Source: Chrysomallon squamiferum (lineage: Eukaryota > Animalia > Mollusca). From it: DNA of 64,000 bases. The stretch spans positions 13,516,001-13,580,000 of the forward strand of contig CM022671.1 in assembly GCA_012295275.1 (NCBI GenBank), written 5' to 3'. Position 1 is the first letter of the stretch. The number at the start of each line of letters is the position of its first letter. Of the stretch, positions 44,117-56,871 are shown piece after piece. Position numbers and translations under genes: made by a program. The notes beneath the pieces were generated by a model. It did not search any database. It was not told where the DNA came from and was given only the letters and a program-made list of their open reading frames with translations.

Positions 44117-45300
44117 AGAAGTAGTAGTAGAAAAGTAGTAAATAATAATAATTGTGATAGTTCCATTTATAGCAGTTGTAGAAAAGGAGGATGCAGTAAT
44201 AAAAGTAAACAATAATACCAACATTTGTAGTTGCTGTCCTAGTAGTCGCATGCTAATTTGGTATGCTGTACATTACTATTTTTATCGTTATTATTACTAC
44301 TACTACCTTTCTGTTATTATTATTATAATTATTTATTATTTTACATCTCATCTACTACCGTTTATTACAATGAAATTAAGATTTTGATGCTTTTCAAAGA
44401 CCGTTTTAAATATTGATTTAAAAAGCATTAGTTACCATCATTAATGAAAAATTAAACTCAAAACATAAGTTCTTTTCGGTTTTTTAGACATTTATCTGTA
44501 AGCTACAATTAACATAAAATTACAGATATCGATAAAGGAAGCGTAAAATTACAATTTTGCTTAAAGCATAATTTTGGTCTTTGCTCTTTCCGAAAACATT
44601 TACATCATTTTTAGATGAAATGAACAGGAATAATAAAAACAGATTATAAATTCAACTTAATTAACGAAATGGTTATAAATTAAACGTAATGTTATATCTG
44701 TGTTATAAAGACTGATTTGAGTCTTTAATTCATTCTAAAGCAAAAATAAATGCATTTTATTAGAAAACAACAGAAATGATACTTTTGTGATTACTACATA
44801 TTCAGATACAACTGTTCCTTACAACAGCAGCTTGCTACGACTACCACTCTCACTACTTCAGTTATTGTTACTATTACTGCTATTGCTATTAATAATACGT
44901 ATTATTACTAGAAGTACTACTACTACAACTGCTTCTTCTGAAAGAATTATAAAGAATAATACTAAAGATGATGGTGATAAGAAACAGAATATAAGCACAA
45001 ACAAAATGAAATGTGAGTCATAAATATGGATGATTAAACGACGAAGACCGAATGGTAAAAACATGAACGAGAAAAGAAATGTTAAAGATTTTTTTTTTTA
45101 AATTGGAAATACCTCTGTAACATTTTACTACTGAACTGTTTGAAAGTATTGCAAAATATCAGAATAATGAAAAGGTAACAAAAATAGAATAAAATAAAAT
45201 ACAACATCATTCCAACGCTAGAAAAGAAATAAATCAGAATGATTAAGGCCGATGAAGTAAAAGCAGACGTCTCTGGCTGAAGAAGATGGTGACATTTCAT
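37445..45300 (-). CDS. Uncharacterised type I membrane receptor (~529 aa): signal peptide, Cys-rich ectodomain, Ser/Thr stalk, TM, Tyr-motif tail
   Basis: In-phase model: 45300-45203 (hydrophobic leader), 43545-43393, 42876-42652 (Cys-rich), 41303-41211, 40646-40582, 40104-39955 (S/T-rich), 39159-39030 (TM ILTAGVATGVVVFVILCVIAILVWI-KYRGRRK), 38532-38460 (LSYSHL), 38047-37445 (TYDHL, TYNRL, LYFILE, EYAEI, IYFILE). The three 3' exons are solid; ectodomain boundaries are tentative. Confidence 0.7.
41999..42063. repeat. (GA)n(GT)n compound microsatellite
   Basis: Direct reading. Confidence 0.96.
43833..44113. repeat. Imperfect (GT)n tract and (AAT)n microsatellite
   Basis: Direct reading. Confidence 0.92.
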
Positions 45301-45601
45301 TGAGATCTTGTTCACCAGATGGAGCAAAGACGACTCGTGAGAATACATTAATGATTTAGAATTATTGTGTCCAGCTAAGTAAGGTGTTTTCTCGTAAATA
45401 TCAAAGTGTATTAATGATTGAGAATTCTCGTGTCTAACTAAATAAGGTGTTTTTTGGCAAATAGAAATCTTACCTTCTGTAACACAACTTCGCTAAATTA
45501 TCAATTGTTTGAATTGAAATCACTTCCAAACAGAATATTATGACAATACCTTAAATAAAATAGCATAAATAAATAAACAAACAAACAAACAAACAAACAA
45601 A

Positions 45602-45636
<35 letters not shown>

Positions 45637-48370
45637 CCAACAGTAAAATGATTGATGAGCTTTTAAAATAAAGTATACTAAACAATAAACAAAAATAATT
45701 AAAATAACATTATCATAATTATGGCTACTAGTTATTATACATATATATATATATAGATAAAACAACAACAGCAATAATGATTATGATGATAATGATGATG
45801 ATGATAAGGATAATAATAATAATAATAAAACAGTAATAATAATAATAAAAATGCTGCAGTAGTATCAAAAATAATAAATGACACGTAATTACCAAAAGGA
45901 AAATTAAAAATATAGCAGATCTTCGATTAATGGATTTCATAGAGCAAGGTGTCCTTTGATGCCGAAATGATATTTTAGTATTATAAAATAATAATTTTAA
46001 TATTCAACGGCTACAGACACAAAATGTCCACAAATAAAAGATATTTAAAAAAAAAAAATAAAGCTCATCGGATATTTTTTTTAGAATACTGAATACTGGG
46101 TGATTTGCAGACATACAAGACCAATGAATGGAAGTCCGTTATTTCACTGTTTTAATCTTTATTTGAATTCACGATATCTGAATGATAAGGAAACTGAACT
46201 AGCATCTTAAGTAGCTAAAATGGACAAGATATTAGTACCAGTTCAGTGAATTTTAATTAATTCATTTGTATCTATATTAATTTAACATATATATATATAA
46301 AACTTTATCTCGAAAATAGATTACTTCTGTTTTGTTAAATACAGTACTCTCATTAATAATAATTACTTACAAAAATACATTTCTACTTACTACAAATCGA
46401 ATGGAAATCCATATAAAAGTAATGAAAGGTCTGAATAGCTAGACACGACTTCTTTCTGATTCCTTTCTTTCGTGGAGATTAAGGAAGATAGAATGACGTA
46501 GAGCACGTCAAGGTAAAGGTGAAATGAGTCAGTAGAGAAGACGTTTGAACATAAATATACCTGCAGGCGTGAGCTGTCAAATGTTTAAATTATTAGTCGC
46601 TTATTCAGTAACTCTGTTGCAGGTTTCATTATTATTTTTTACGAAATTAATCGAAGCAAAATATCTAGCTTAATATTGTTTTATTATTTATATTTTACTA
46701 ATATATTTTAAACAATATTATTAATATCAACATCACGAACAAAATGTTTAGTATTCAGTATTAAGTATGTATGTATGTCTGTGTGTATGAATCTTTTTAT
46801 ATGTATTATATGTGTGTTTGAGAACAGTTTCGTGTCACGTATGTATATGTACTGTCTGTGTAAATGTATGTGTTTGTATGCACATATGTATATATGTATG
46901 TAATTATCCGTAAATATATATATAGGTGTGGGTTTCTGTGTGTGTATATTTCTATCCACGTCTGTACAAGCATATGTTGTAGACAATTTTGTTTAATAAG
47001 AATCGATATATGTGCGTACGCATGCTTTTGTGAACTAAAACACGCAGAGAAATACAGCTACGCATAAGCAAATAAATATTCATATCATTTTTTACTTTTT
47101 ACTAATGTAATGAACTGCATATCTGCTTTAATGTTTAATATGCAAAGTAAATTCAAAATATAAAATAATATACCTTAAAAGGAACAATTTAAAAGTCATA
47201 CAAATTTATGGGCTAGGTTTGGTGTTTCTCTGTATAATTTGGGCAAGGATTGGGGCAATAGCCTGTTTCCTCATTTTACTAATGATTTTATGATGATAGA
47301 TCGATTAAACCATTAGGTTCAAATAAAAAACAACAAATTACTGTGATGATTTATTACTTAGTATTATAACAAAACAACAACAAAACAACAATAATAATAA
47401 TAACAGAACTTCTACTACTGTCGCTGCTGTTACTACTACTGGTACTGCTGCTACTACTATTACTAATAATACTAATACTACATATTTATTTACATAAAAA
47501 AAAACATTTTCAGATTTTATGCAGATGCATTCGGGATCGTACACAAACACACTTTTGGAAAAATACAAACCATTTCTGAAAACATATTTAAAACTATCCT
47601 TTTTAAGTATCTATAAAACTGTCACATGTGAAAATAGTATGCTTACCCAGACATGAATGTACGTATGTATATATGATATATGTAGTTTAGGATTTTGAAT
47701 ATTCTCTGAATAGACTTTGCAGACAGACAATATTCGGGAACGCACTGGTGCAGGAGGACAGAGTCCAGTCACGAGCTTACAAACCCGACAGATGCCGCTG
47801 ACGAGACTCGAACGTATGGCACCCTTACTCTAAATATTTTGAATATTTTAACATTTGCATATTACTATTTTTAAACCTCTAAATAAAAAGATTCTGATGA
47901 AAGTAATTTAAACAAATTCAGAAAGAGGTGATTCAAAATTACATTTATCGTTCAGTTCCTCCGGATATGAAAATACGTGTTGTTCTGTTTCTGAGTTGAC
48001 GACTCAAATGTTTAACAAGTTCTACCTGATTTGTTTATTTATCTTTTTACACGGGATTTGTTATTACTAAATATTTATAACTAATTTTAAAACAATATAA
48101 CGATGCAAATTAACTTTCACTTTTATATGCATATTTTGAACAAATTTAGATTATTATTGTTATCATCATCATCATTATCATCACCATCATCATCATCATC
48201 ATAATCAAGTTAAAAATTAATATATAATTCAAAAAGGAAAAAAGGTATTTGGTTAGTAGTGGCATATAATCGTACGGTCAACTTCTGACCAGAAAAACTC
48301 GCATTTGTTAAAAGAAATAAAATACATTTTATATTAATTCTTTATTTCCTAATCCAGACATGAAAGTAAC

Positions 48371-48742
48371 ATGGCGCTGCAAAAGAAGCCACTATTGGGG
48401 TGCTTGGACAAATCTGACGTCACTGAGATGGCTAAACTGAAATCGGCTTTAACAGCAGAGATGAGAAAATATGAAGATTATTTAAACACGAATAATCATT
48501 GTTTCTTGCTGTGTAAATCTCTAGGAGACTTGGATTGCTCAGTTCTGCCTAAATTACGACAAGTCCAAGTGGCTGAGAATCTCAGTATTCCCCGACAGTT
48601 GTTCGACACTACTCGTCTATATTCAGCGCAGAAAATACAGACATCTTTAAACAAAGGTGCCCAGAAGACGGTGAAATCATTCACGGCTGGTGAAAACATG
48701 AACTTTTATTATATAAGCATAAAATTAAATTTAAAAAGTTAG
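48371..48742 (+). CDS. Hypothetical 123-aa ORF / exon of unknown function upstream of the SOCS-box gene
   Basis: Complex, coding-like sequence preceded by an acceptor (TCCAG ~48358) and a good ATG context (AACATGG). Possible donor at 48691. No recognisable domain. Confidence 0.45.
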   Translation: MALQKKPLLGCLDKSDVTEMAKLKSALTAEMRKYEDYLNTNNHCFLLCKSLGDLDCSVLPKLRQVQVAENLSIPRQLFDTTRLYSAQKIQTSLNKGAQKTVKSFTAGENMNFYYISIKLNLKS

Positions 48743-48850
48743 TTTTGCGTAGAATTTATTTCTTAAAAATCATAATAGTTAATATCACCAGTAATACATA
48801 TAGGGACTGATACAAACACAACCACTTTATTTATTTCTGGGTGAACCTGA

Positions 48851-48854
<4 letters not shown>

Positions 48855-48897
<43 letters not shown>
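48855..48897. repeat. (GT)n microsatellite between the 123-aa ORF and the SOCS-box ORF
   Basis: Direct reading. Confidence 0.96.
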
Positions 48898-48900
<3 letters not shown>

Positions 48901-49197
48901 ATTATGGCATGTTTGAAAATATTTGGATCAATATAAGAGTATTAAACCTTTATTAAATCCCATAATACAATTTGAATGATATATAATGAATGAATGAATA
49001 TATATTTATATTTATATATATAAACAGCGTTTTCTTTAATCTCTACTGTCTTACCCCTGCTACGTTCTATGCGGTTAGTTGTAACAATTCCAATGACGTC
49101 ACACATATGGCAATATGTAGAAAGTAATATAATGCAGTACTTGAATCATTTCGAAATAATTACTGTAACAAGTATACAGAACTGGGTTTTCTGAGTG

Positions 49198-50250
49198 ATG
49201 TTACGACTGATGTCTCTTTGGCATCTTAGAAACAATATATTCGAAGCTCAGCGAAGAAAGCTAAGTGAGATAATAAAAAGCGACGAAATGCTGTTAGAGC
49301 GTATTGGATATAACCTCATAGAAAGCATAGACCAACGAGAGTTCACGCTACATAATGTTGTGCAGGATATTTTAGCATTTGTCAACTACGCCCATTATAA
49401 GAACAAGAGCCAGTACCGTTTTTGCTGGCTGGCGTTGCACCTAGCTCTTGGAATCTGCTGCAAATTTAAATCCGAAGCTCCAAAAGGTTTAACGAGGCGT
49501 GTGTTGTATGTTCTGCTCTTACACAGTTGTGGAATGGACTACGGGATATTTCTCAGAGATCTTTTTGATATGCACATCGGAGTTCACACGCTACCTGACA
49601 AGTCAGACTATCTTCTCAAAGTCTGTGCAGGTTTTGTCATCGACCTCAAGGACACTGGTGTCGTGAACGCAGTATTTAAAGGTCCAGAGAAAAGCATCTG
49701 GTCACATCTTATTAACAGAGGATCATGCTACTATATAGACTTGCCAATAGGCTGTCCTGTCACGTATATCAGTCAGTCTCACATGAAAGCTTCTCCACTG
49801 ATCCTTGCCATGTTGAATCTCCGACCCACTGCTGTCCTTATTCTTCTACAGCACGGTGCATCACCGACCGGAAGACCTCTTGAATATCTACTGCGCACGC
49901 TCAGCACTTTAGAAGAATATCCAGCTATGGCGAATGCGCCTAATTATTCTATATCGTACAGCAAAGAAATCTTACTGGAATGTCTTCATTACTGCTATAG
50001 AGCCATGTCAAAGATATATGTTCGTTTCCATCAGCTAAACGAGTACGAAACTGAACAAAATGACATTTATTTTATAAAGAAACGTGACGAGAAATATTTA
50101 CCACCATACTGGTTGTCTCCCGCCTCGCTGAAACACCAGACAAGATGCTGCATTAGAAAATTATTAACGGAAAGCGACAATCTGCCAGAAGGAATAAATC
50201 AACTTGGTCTCATGCAATGCTTAATAGAGTATTTAAATTTACTCAGCTAG
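49198..50250 (+). CDS. Ankyrin-repeat and SOCS-box protein, ASB17/Drosophila STOPS-like
   Basis: Single ~350-codon ORF with the ankyrin-like segment SPLILAMLNLRPTAVLILLQHGASP and a C-terminal SOCS box PASLKHQTRCCIRKLL...LPEGINQLGLMQCLIEYL. The start codon is uncertain. Confidence 0.82.
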   Translation: MLRLMSLWHLRNNIFEAQRRKLSEIIKSDEMLLERIGYNLIESIDQREFTLHNVVQDILAFVNYAHYKNKSQYRFCWLALHLALGICCKFKSEAPKGLTRRVLYVLLLHSCGMDYGIFLRDLFDMHIGVHTLPDKSDYLLKVCAGFVIDLKDTGVVNAVFKGPEKSIWSHLINRGSCYYIDLPIGCPVTYISQSHMKASPLILAMLNLRPTAVLILLQHGASPTGRPLEYLLRTLSTLEEYPAMANAPNYSISYSKEILLECLHYCYRAMSKIYVRFHQLNEYETEQNDIYFIKKRDEKYLPPYWLSPASLKHQTRCCIRKLLTESDNLPEGINQLGLMQCLIEYLNLLS

Positions 50251-52518
50251 CTGAACATGGGTTTAACCCACCTCTACGTAACATCTGTATTTTATATATA
50301 ACAACGGTTGTAAAACTGTTTTAAATAGTATCATTCGCTCTGTTTAAATATACAGTTTTTATTCTCGTATTTTTGTCTTTATATGATATCCATTCTGATT
50401 TCAGTCTGTTATTTTATTATTATTATTATTGTTATTGTTATTGCTATTATAGCGTAATGGAATAGATGTCACAATGTGATAGTTTGGTTTATAAAACAGG
50501 CCATCTTGGTGTTCTGTACTAGCAGGATTATTTTAATGACTGTCAGCTGTTTGCCTGTTAAACCAGATTATCTCAGTATCGTCATGCACATTGTTTAAGC
50601 TATGTACACGTCACAGCTCAACCTTATTTTACTCTTTATCTGGGTTTTGTTTATTTTTGTTTATTTTACTTCATTTTATTTTATGAACTTCGTTTAAGTA
50701 TTAAGATTAAACCTTAGTTCTGAAAGCTCTTACTAATCTGAAAAAGTCACAGCTATGATACTGGCATGCCAAAATGTGATGAATAAGCATAATATTTAAA
50801 TTTTCAAGGAAAATAATAAATAAATAAATAAATAAAATAATTAAAAAAAAATAATTAAAAATAAAATAAATTTAATAAATAACAAATAAATTTTTTACAA
50901 AAAATGAAAATGAAATGACATGAAATGAAAGAGACAGTGATAAACATTATGAAAATGATTTAGGGTGTCGTTTTCAGACAATGACGGAAAATTTAGAATA
51001 ATTATACTTGCTTAGTGACATTTTCATCAACATTGTTAACATCTATTATTGTTATTTATTGTTTAAGTAAAGAATTTTCACTCTAATTATATGTACATAT
51101 TTTATATTATTAAATAACTAGAACTACAATGAGGTAGTCTTCATAAGATTCATACCAAAAACAAAAAGCAGCAAACATGTAGCTAGATAGATAGATAGAC
51201 AGATAGATAGACAGAGAGATAGACAGATAGACAGACAGACAGACTTAGAGATGCATGAATGAATAACTAACTAAATAAATAAACTGGTTTTTTGTGAGAG
51301 AAATATACCATCTTTGTTATATTTTTTCTAAATGTTTAAATTTAAATTAAACGTAATATATCTTATTAAGAAAATATTGTTAGTTATAATTAAAATATTT
51401 TCTGTTTGAGATTATTAAAGTTATGTCGAATAACAAATAGGTAAAAAAATATCATTCTTAACTTTTTTTCTTCATTATTGTAAAGTAATATGTAATACGT
51501 ACGAATAACATGCGTACATAAATGTCTTTGAAGCAAACAATTATCACTTTTAAAAAACAATATCTCTAAAAAAAATATCGTTAAAATTGCACACACATTC
51601 AAAAATAACAATTAAAAACAAAGGAAAAAAGACTTTCTTCTGACATTTCTCATTTAATGAAAAAAGTTAAGATTGTTTTACCTTCAACATATTTTATATT
51701 TATTTATTTATTTAAATGGCAAACTTTGCTGTCACTCTTCATTGATTATAAGTAGACATAAACTATAAATCCGTCATTTAGCTAAAATATGCATTTGAAC
51801 AATATGAACAAAGTATATCAATGCACTTCCAACGTTTGATAATGATAAAATAAAAGCCATATTGTTAAATAGAAACTTGCATTTCCTTGTTCTTGTGACG
51901 TCATTTTGGGATTAAAAATAAATTTTCAAAACAATAAGGAAGAAAGTTCTGATAGTTTTGGTACAACACACTTTTCACAATGTATCCAGTCTATTAGGAA
52001 TTTTAATGTCCCACAGACGTCATAAAAAGCGTTATGTATAGGATTCGGATTTAATAATTAATTATTATAATTTATTATTAAAACAGGCTGTTGATAGGAT
52101 TTAAATATAACAATCAAATGAAAATATAAACAGTCCGTTTAAACTATTTATATTATAATAACACTGAAGAGATTTTATATATTCAAAAAACAGTTTTCAT
52201 TATCTCCAGAAGTATATGATTTTAAAGATTACTGATTTGTCAGTGTATTTTAATACATTACTTTATTATCTAGTTAAAACGTTTGACACCATCTGCTTCC
52301 ATGACAGGGCGGCGATGAGCTCAAATCACAGCAGTGTACAACATAACTAATCACTAAGGTAACCTTAACGTATTTGTCTTTCATATACCGGTAATAAGGA
52401 TATTTTTTGAAATTTTCATGTTATAAGTAAAATGTATGGTACTGTCGTCGTTACGGTAAATAATAATAATATCAGTAACACTGGACATTGCCTGCAGTGG
52501 AGAATGTGAATATATAAA

Positions 52519-52557
<39 letters not shown>

Positions 52558-52639
52558 GTTATTATTATTATTATTATCTACTATTAGTTCTCTCATGTCC
52601 AAAAATTATAATCTTTACCTATTTTTTAATTTATTTTTT

Positions 52640-52708
<69 letters not shown>
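52519..52708. repeat. (TTA)n and (TC)n microsatellites
   Basis: Direct reading. Confidence 0.95.
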
Positions 52709-52713
<5 letters not shown>

Positions 52714-55700
52714 TAGTAAAAAAAGTCTTCATGTACACACACTTTGCAGTGTTATAAAATTACTGTTTGCATGATAGTTTTGAATAATTATCGGTAAGAG
52801 TCTACTGTCAGTTCAGACTCCTTTAATCTGTAAGATTATAAACTGTTCTCTTCCTTTGATCTGCTTGATTAGATCACAATAAATAAACCAGTGTTCATTA
52901 ATCAGAAGTCATGACGTCACGCGGTTGAAACCAGCTGCAAATAGAAAGAGAACTAACTGATTCCATTAGTTTCCAAAATACATCAAACAATCATTACGTC
53001 AGAAGTCATTATCATAAGTTCATTTTTTTCCAGACGAACAGGCTGAACCTTAATTACTCGTAATATTAATTGTGGTTTTTGGACGTACCGCAGACAAGAA
53101 ATAATCTTCATGGTATCTCGTTTTTCAATGTATGATAGATGTGTAAATATGAATTTAAATACGTAAAAATAGTAATATTATCAGGTAAAATTAGAAGCAT
53201 GAATGAGACCAAAGTTATAATATTAACTTTTTAAATTTCAGGATTCAATTTTAAATTATTTATTTATGAAGATAGCAAAATGAAACCCGTTATCGCCAGT
53301 ATGTTAACAACTTTTCATTTCTACTTCTTCTTTTTTTCTATTTGCACTTTCACATAAACATTAAACATGAACGCACATATCACTGTCCTAAATATTTCGG
53401 TCGTGGAGAAATGGTTGGACATTTTCTAAATCGGGTTTGAATAAGGGTTCTTAGGCTTTGTACCACAGTGAATACAGATAAACACAAAGATTTTTCAAAT
53501 ATAATCCTTTTATACCAAATATTTTCATATACTTAAATATTTTGTCAACATCTGAAAAATTCCTCTGGATAAACTTGTAGTTCAACTTCACACAGCTAAC
53601 AAATCAATTAGAGACATCACAGAAATTGCATTTCACTGTAATTTATCTCTAATCAACCCCTGCAAATCATTTCCTATAGCAATTTTTCCTTGACAATGAA
53701 ACAAACAAATTGTACATTAGCAAAATTAATCTTTTTTTCTTTTTGCTTCATTATAAGTCTGAAGAAATGTCTAGGAGCGGAAATCGTTTTAAGAAGCCTA
53801 TAATGACTTTGGATGTTTACCTAGCAATTACCAGTAATTATTTTGCTTTTGTGCAATAAAATTGCTCATTGTAGTGAATTATAGCTTTTAAATGTATGTC
53901 AGATGAGATATTTTGTTGACTTTTTTTTTTTTTTTTTTTTCATTTATGTTCAGTATAGTTTGATATTTTTATTTAGTTTTCTTAAAATTATGAACATAGT
54001 GATTTTATTTATTTATTTATTTATTTATTTTTTTATAGAAAGTAAAAAGCATTCAACAAATAAATTAAATTATATTAAATTAATAAATAAATCTCAGAAA
54101 CATTGTATTCTAAAAACTGATTATTTTTAACGGGGTAAGAAAATAATAATGAAGATAATAAAAATAAGTTTAAAAAAAAAAAAAAAAAAAAAAAATGAGA
54201 ACAGAGCAATTTTGAAAGTAACTAAACTATTGAACGATGCACACGGTTTCTTAATAAAATGTTATAACATAGAAATAATTCTATCAAATCACATCAACTG
54301 AACACCGAAGTTTTTAGAAAACAAAACAAATGAAAAAAGAAATCTCATCCTGATTCAAGTTCGGAATATATATTGATTATCTTTCATTGCACAAAAAGGA
54401 CATTTTTAAGGACATTACAGATGAGTTAAATGTTTTCTTGAATAAAAGAGAAACTTGTTGTCACTGCCTGACTTACGTTTATTAATTAACAGCAAGGAGC
54501 CTTAGATTAAAAAAAAAAAACCTGGATCTTTAATTAAAACAACGGTCGCATTTTTCAATCTGCAAGTATTTGACGTTGCTCATGGTAAAAAAAAAAAAAA
54601 AAAAAAAAAAATAAAAATTAAAAAAAAAAAAAAAAAGAAAGATACTCAACACGATGCTGCAGTTGCATGGTTATTCTTGACTTTTAGCTGCAAGGTTCTT
54701 TCATGTGCTTTTTCCCAAATAGAGATTTAAAATACTGGCTTGGACGAATACTCCATTTACTAGAATTGATCCTGTCACCTATAAAGCACTGAATTATTGG
54801 AAAACAAAAAGAAAAGACAATTGTAATAGATTTTAATGAATGTGGAATTACTTAATAACATTTTAACAGATAAATGCAATAACAATCAGTAAAAAGAACA
54901 AAAAAAGCGCGTAAGAAATAAAAATGGGAGAGAGAGATAAATTGTAATAAAATTTATTAAAAATTGAAACAATAATAAATAAACAAATAAATATACATAT
55001 ATAAATAAAAGTTAAAAAAAAGGAAATAATAATAATAAAAAATAATTTTAAAAAGTTAGATAAAGATTACTGGAATGTAATTTAAATAAGGATACTGATT
55101 TCTGATAATCCTGTTCAATTCTATCCAAATACATATATTCATTTATACAAATTCAAGTACGCAAGCTCACACCGACTTAAAATTATACAGACCAACAGGT
55201 TTGTAAATAGAAAACTACAAATAAAACAGCACACGCTCATAATGTAACTACTTAAAGTATGTTATATGTATGTATGTATGCTAGTAGGTATGTTTACGTG
55301 TGTGTGTTGTGTGTGTTTGTGTATGTTTATGCATGGATTGATTGATGGATTTGTGTTACATTAGTAAAATATTTATTCAATTTGTGGTTTCTTCTTGTTA
55401 CCTCATTTTTCCCTTACATATCAGCAAACATCGGGTACTTTTTGTCCATAATTCTGACAGTAAAATTCTACCTTTAACAGTTAAACCTATGTGGCATGTA
55501 CCATCATGCAGACTGAAAAATTGCAGTTAACATCTGTTGTCATATCGGTCTATGTTATTAATTTTAATTCTGTCATAATTTATCGACTTGAATATAATAT
55601 TCCATTTATTTTCTGACAAATAATTCTCACGCCATTCAGGCGCAGTATAAATGTGTTCCGCTTGAAATATAATAATTCGATACTAACCTGGATTTTTTGG

Positions 55701-55721
55701 AGAATCATTAATAATAATAGA

Positions 55722-55764
<43 letters not shown>
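55722..55764. repeat. (AAT)n microsatellite
   Basis: Direct reading. Confidence 0.95.
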
Positions 55765-55766
<2 letters not shown>

Positions 55767-56739
55767 GGTAATAATAATGATGATGATTATGATAATCATG
55801 ATGATAACAGAAAAATTATAGAGAAATAAGGTGGGTAAGTTCTTGTAGTCGACCTGCTCTGAGATGAAAGAATAATATTTTCATAAACTTTCCATAATAT
55901 AATTGATGTGAGACGTATAATTATAGTCAATCGTGTTTTGACCATAACAGTGTAATCTCTACAAAATATGTCATTATTATACTGATCCTCGATATAAGTA
56001 TCTGCTAATAAGCAAAAAATAAGTAATTGACAATAATAGTCGTAATTCACAAACAGCATTAGATTACTTGCCATTTATTTATTTTCCCGCCCCACAGGTT
56101 AAGATTAGTATTTTATAAGAAAAGGTAAAAAAAAAAAAAAAAGAAGAAATATGTGTTCTAAAAATTTATAATAGTATTTGATTTCAAATCACATTTCTGT
56201 TATAAAAGAATTTACTTATCTTTGGTTATAGAATGTCGCGCATGTGTTCGCCTCTGTGACTTGATCAGTATATTTATGTGTGTCTGTGTTGGCCTCTGTT
56301 CCACGGACCAACAAACGGTAGCACAGCTCCGCAAACGTCTGGGATATCGCGATTTAGGATTAACCTGTAATTTACCGAAACATTAAACTTTAATACACAC
56401 AACCGCTGAATAATGCTGTAATAAAATAATGTAAAAACAATATACAGACATAAAAACAGTCTAAATAAATGTCGTACATTATACGTTAAGACAAATGTAG
56501 GCTAGGTTGGAGGTAGTTTGTTAGGTCAGGATGGTTATGTGTGAAACTGTAAAATTTACTTTTACCTTGTAGGAAAGTGGGTTGAGAGAGGGATGCTGTG
56601 ATTGTGTAGTGGGAGTCAGATAATTTACTAGAGGTAAGGTTTCAAGTGGTAAATGACAGTAAGTTCAAATTTTGTGATTTTCCAAAACAGAGATTCATGA
56701 AATCGAGGGTCAGCAGTGTATGTAGGTATACCTGTAATT

Positions 56740-56817
56740 GTGTGTGTATGTGTGTGTGTTGTGTGTGTGTGTGTTGTGTGTGTTGTGTGTATGTGTGTGT
56801 GTTGTGTGTGTGTGTGT

Positions 56818-56855
<38 letters not shown>

Positions 56856-56871
56856 AGTGTGTGAGTGTGTG
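56740..56871. repeat. Imperfect (GT)n microsatellite
   Basis: Direct reading. Confidence 0.94.
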
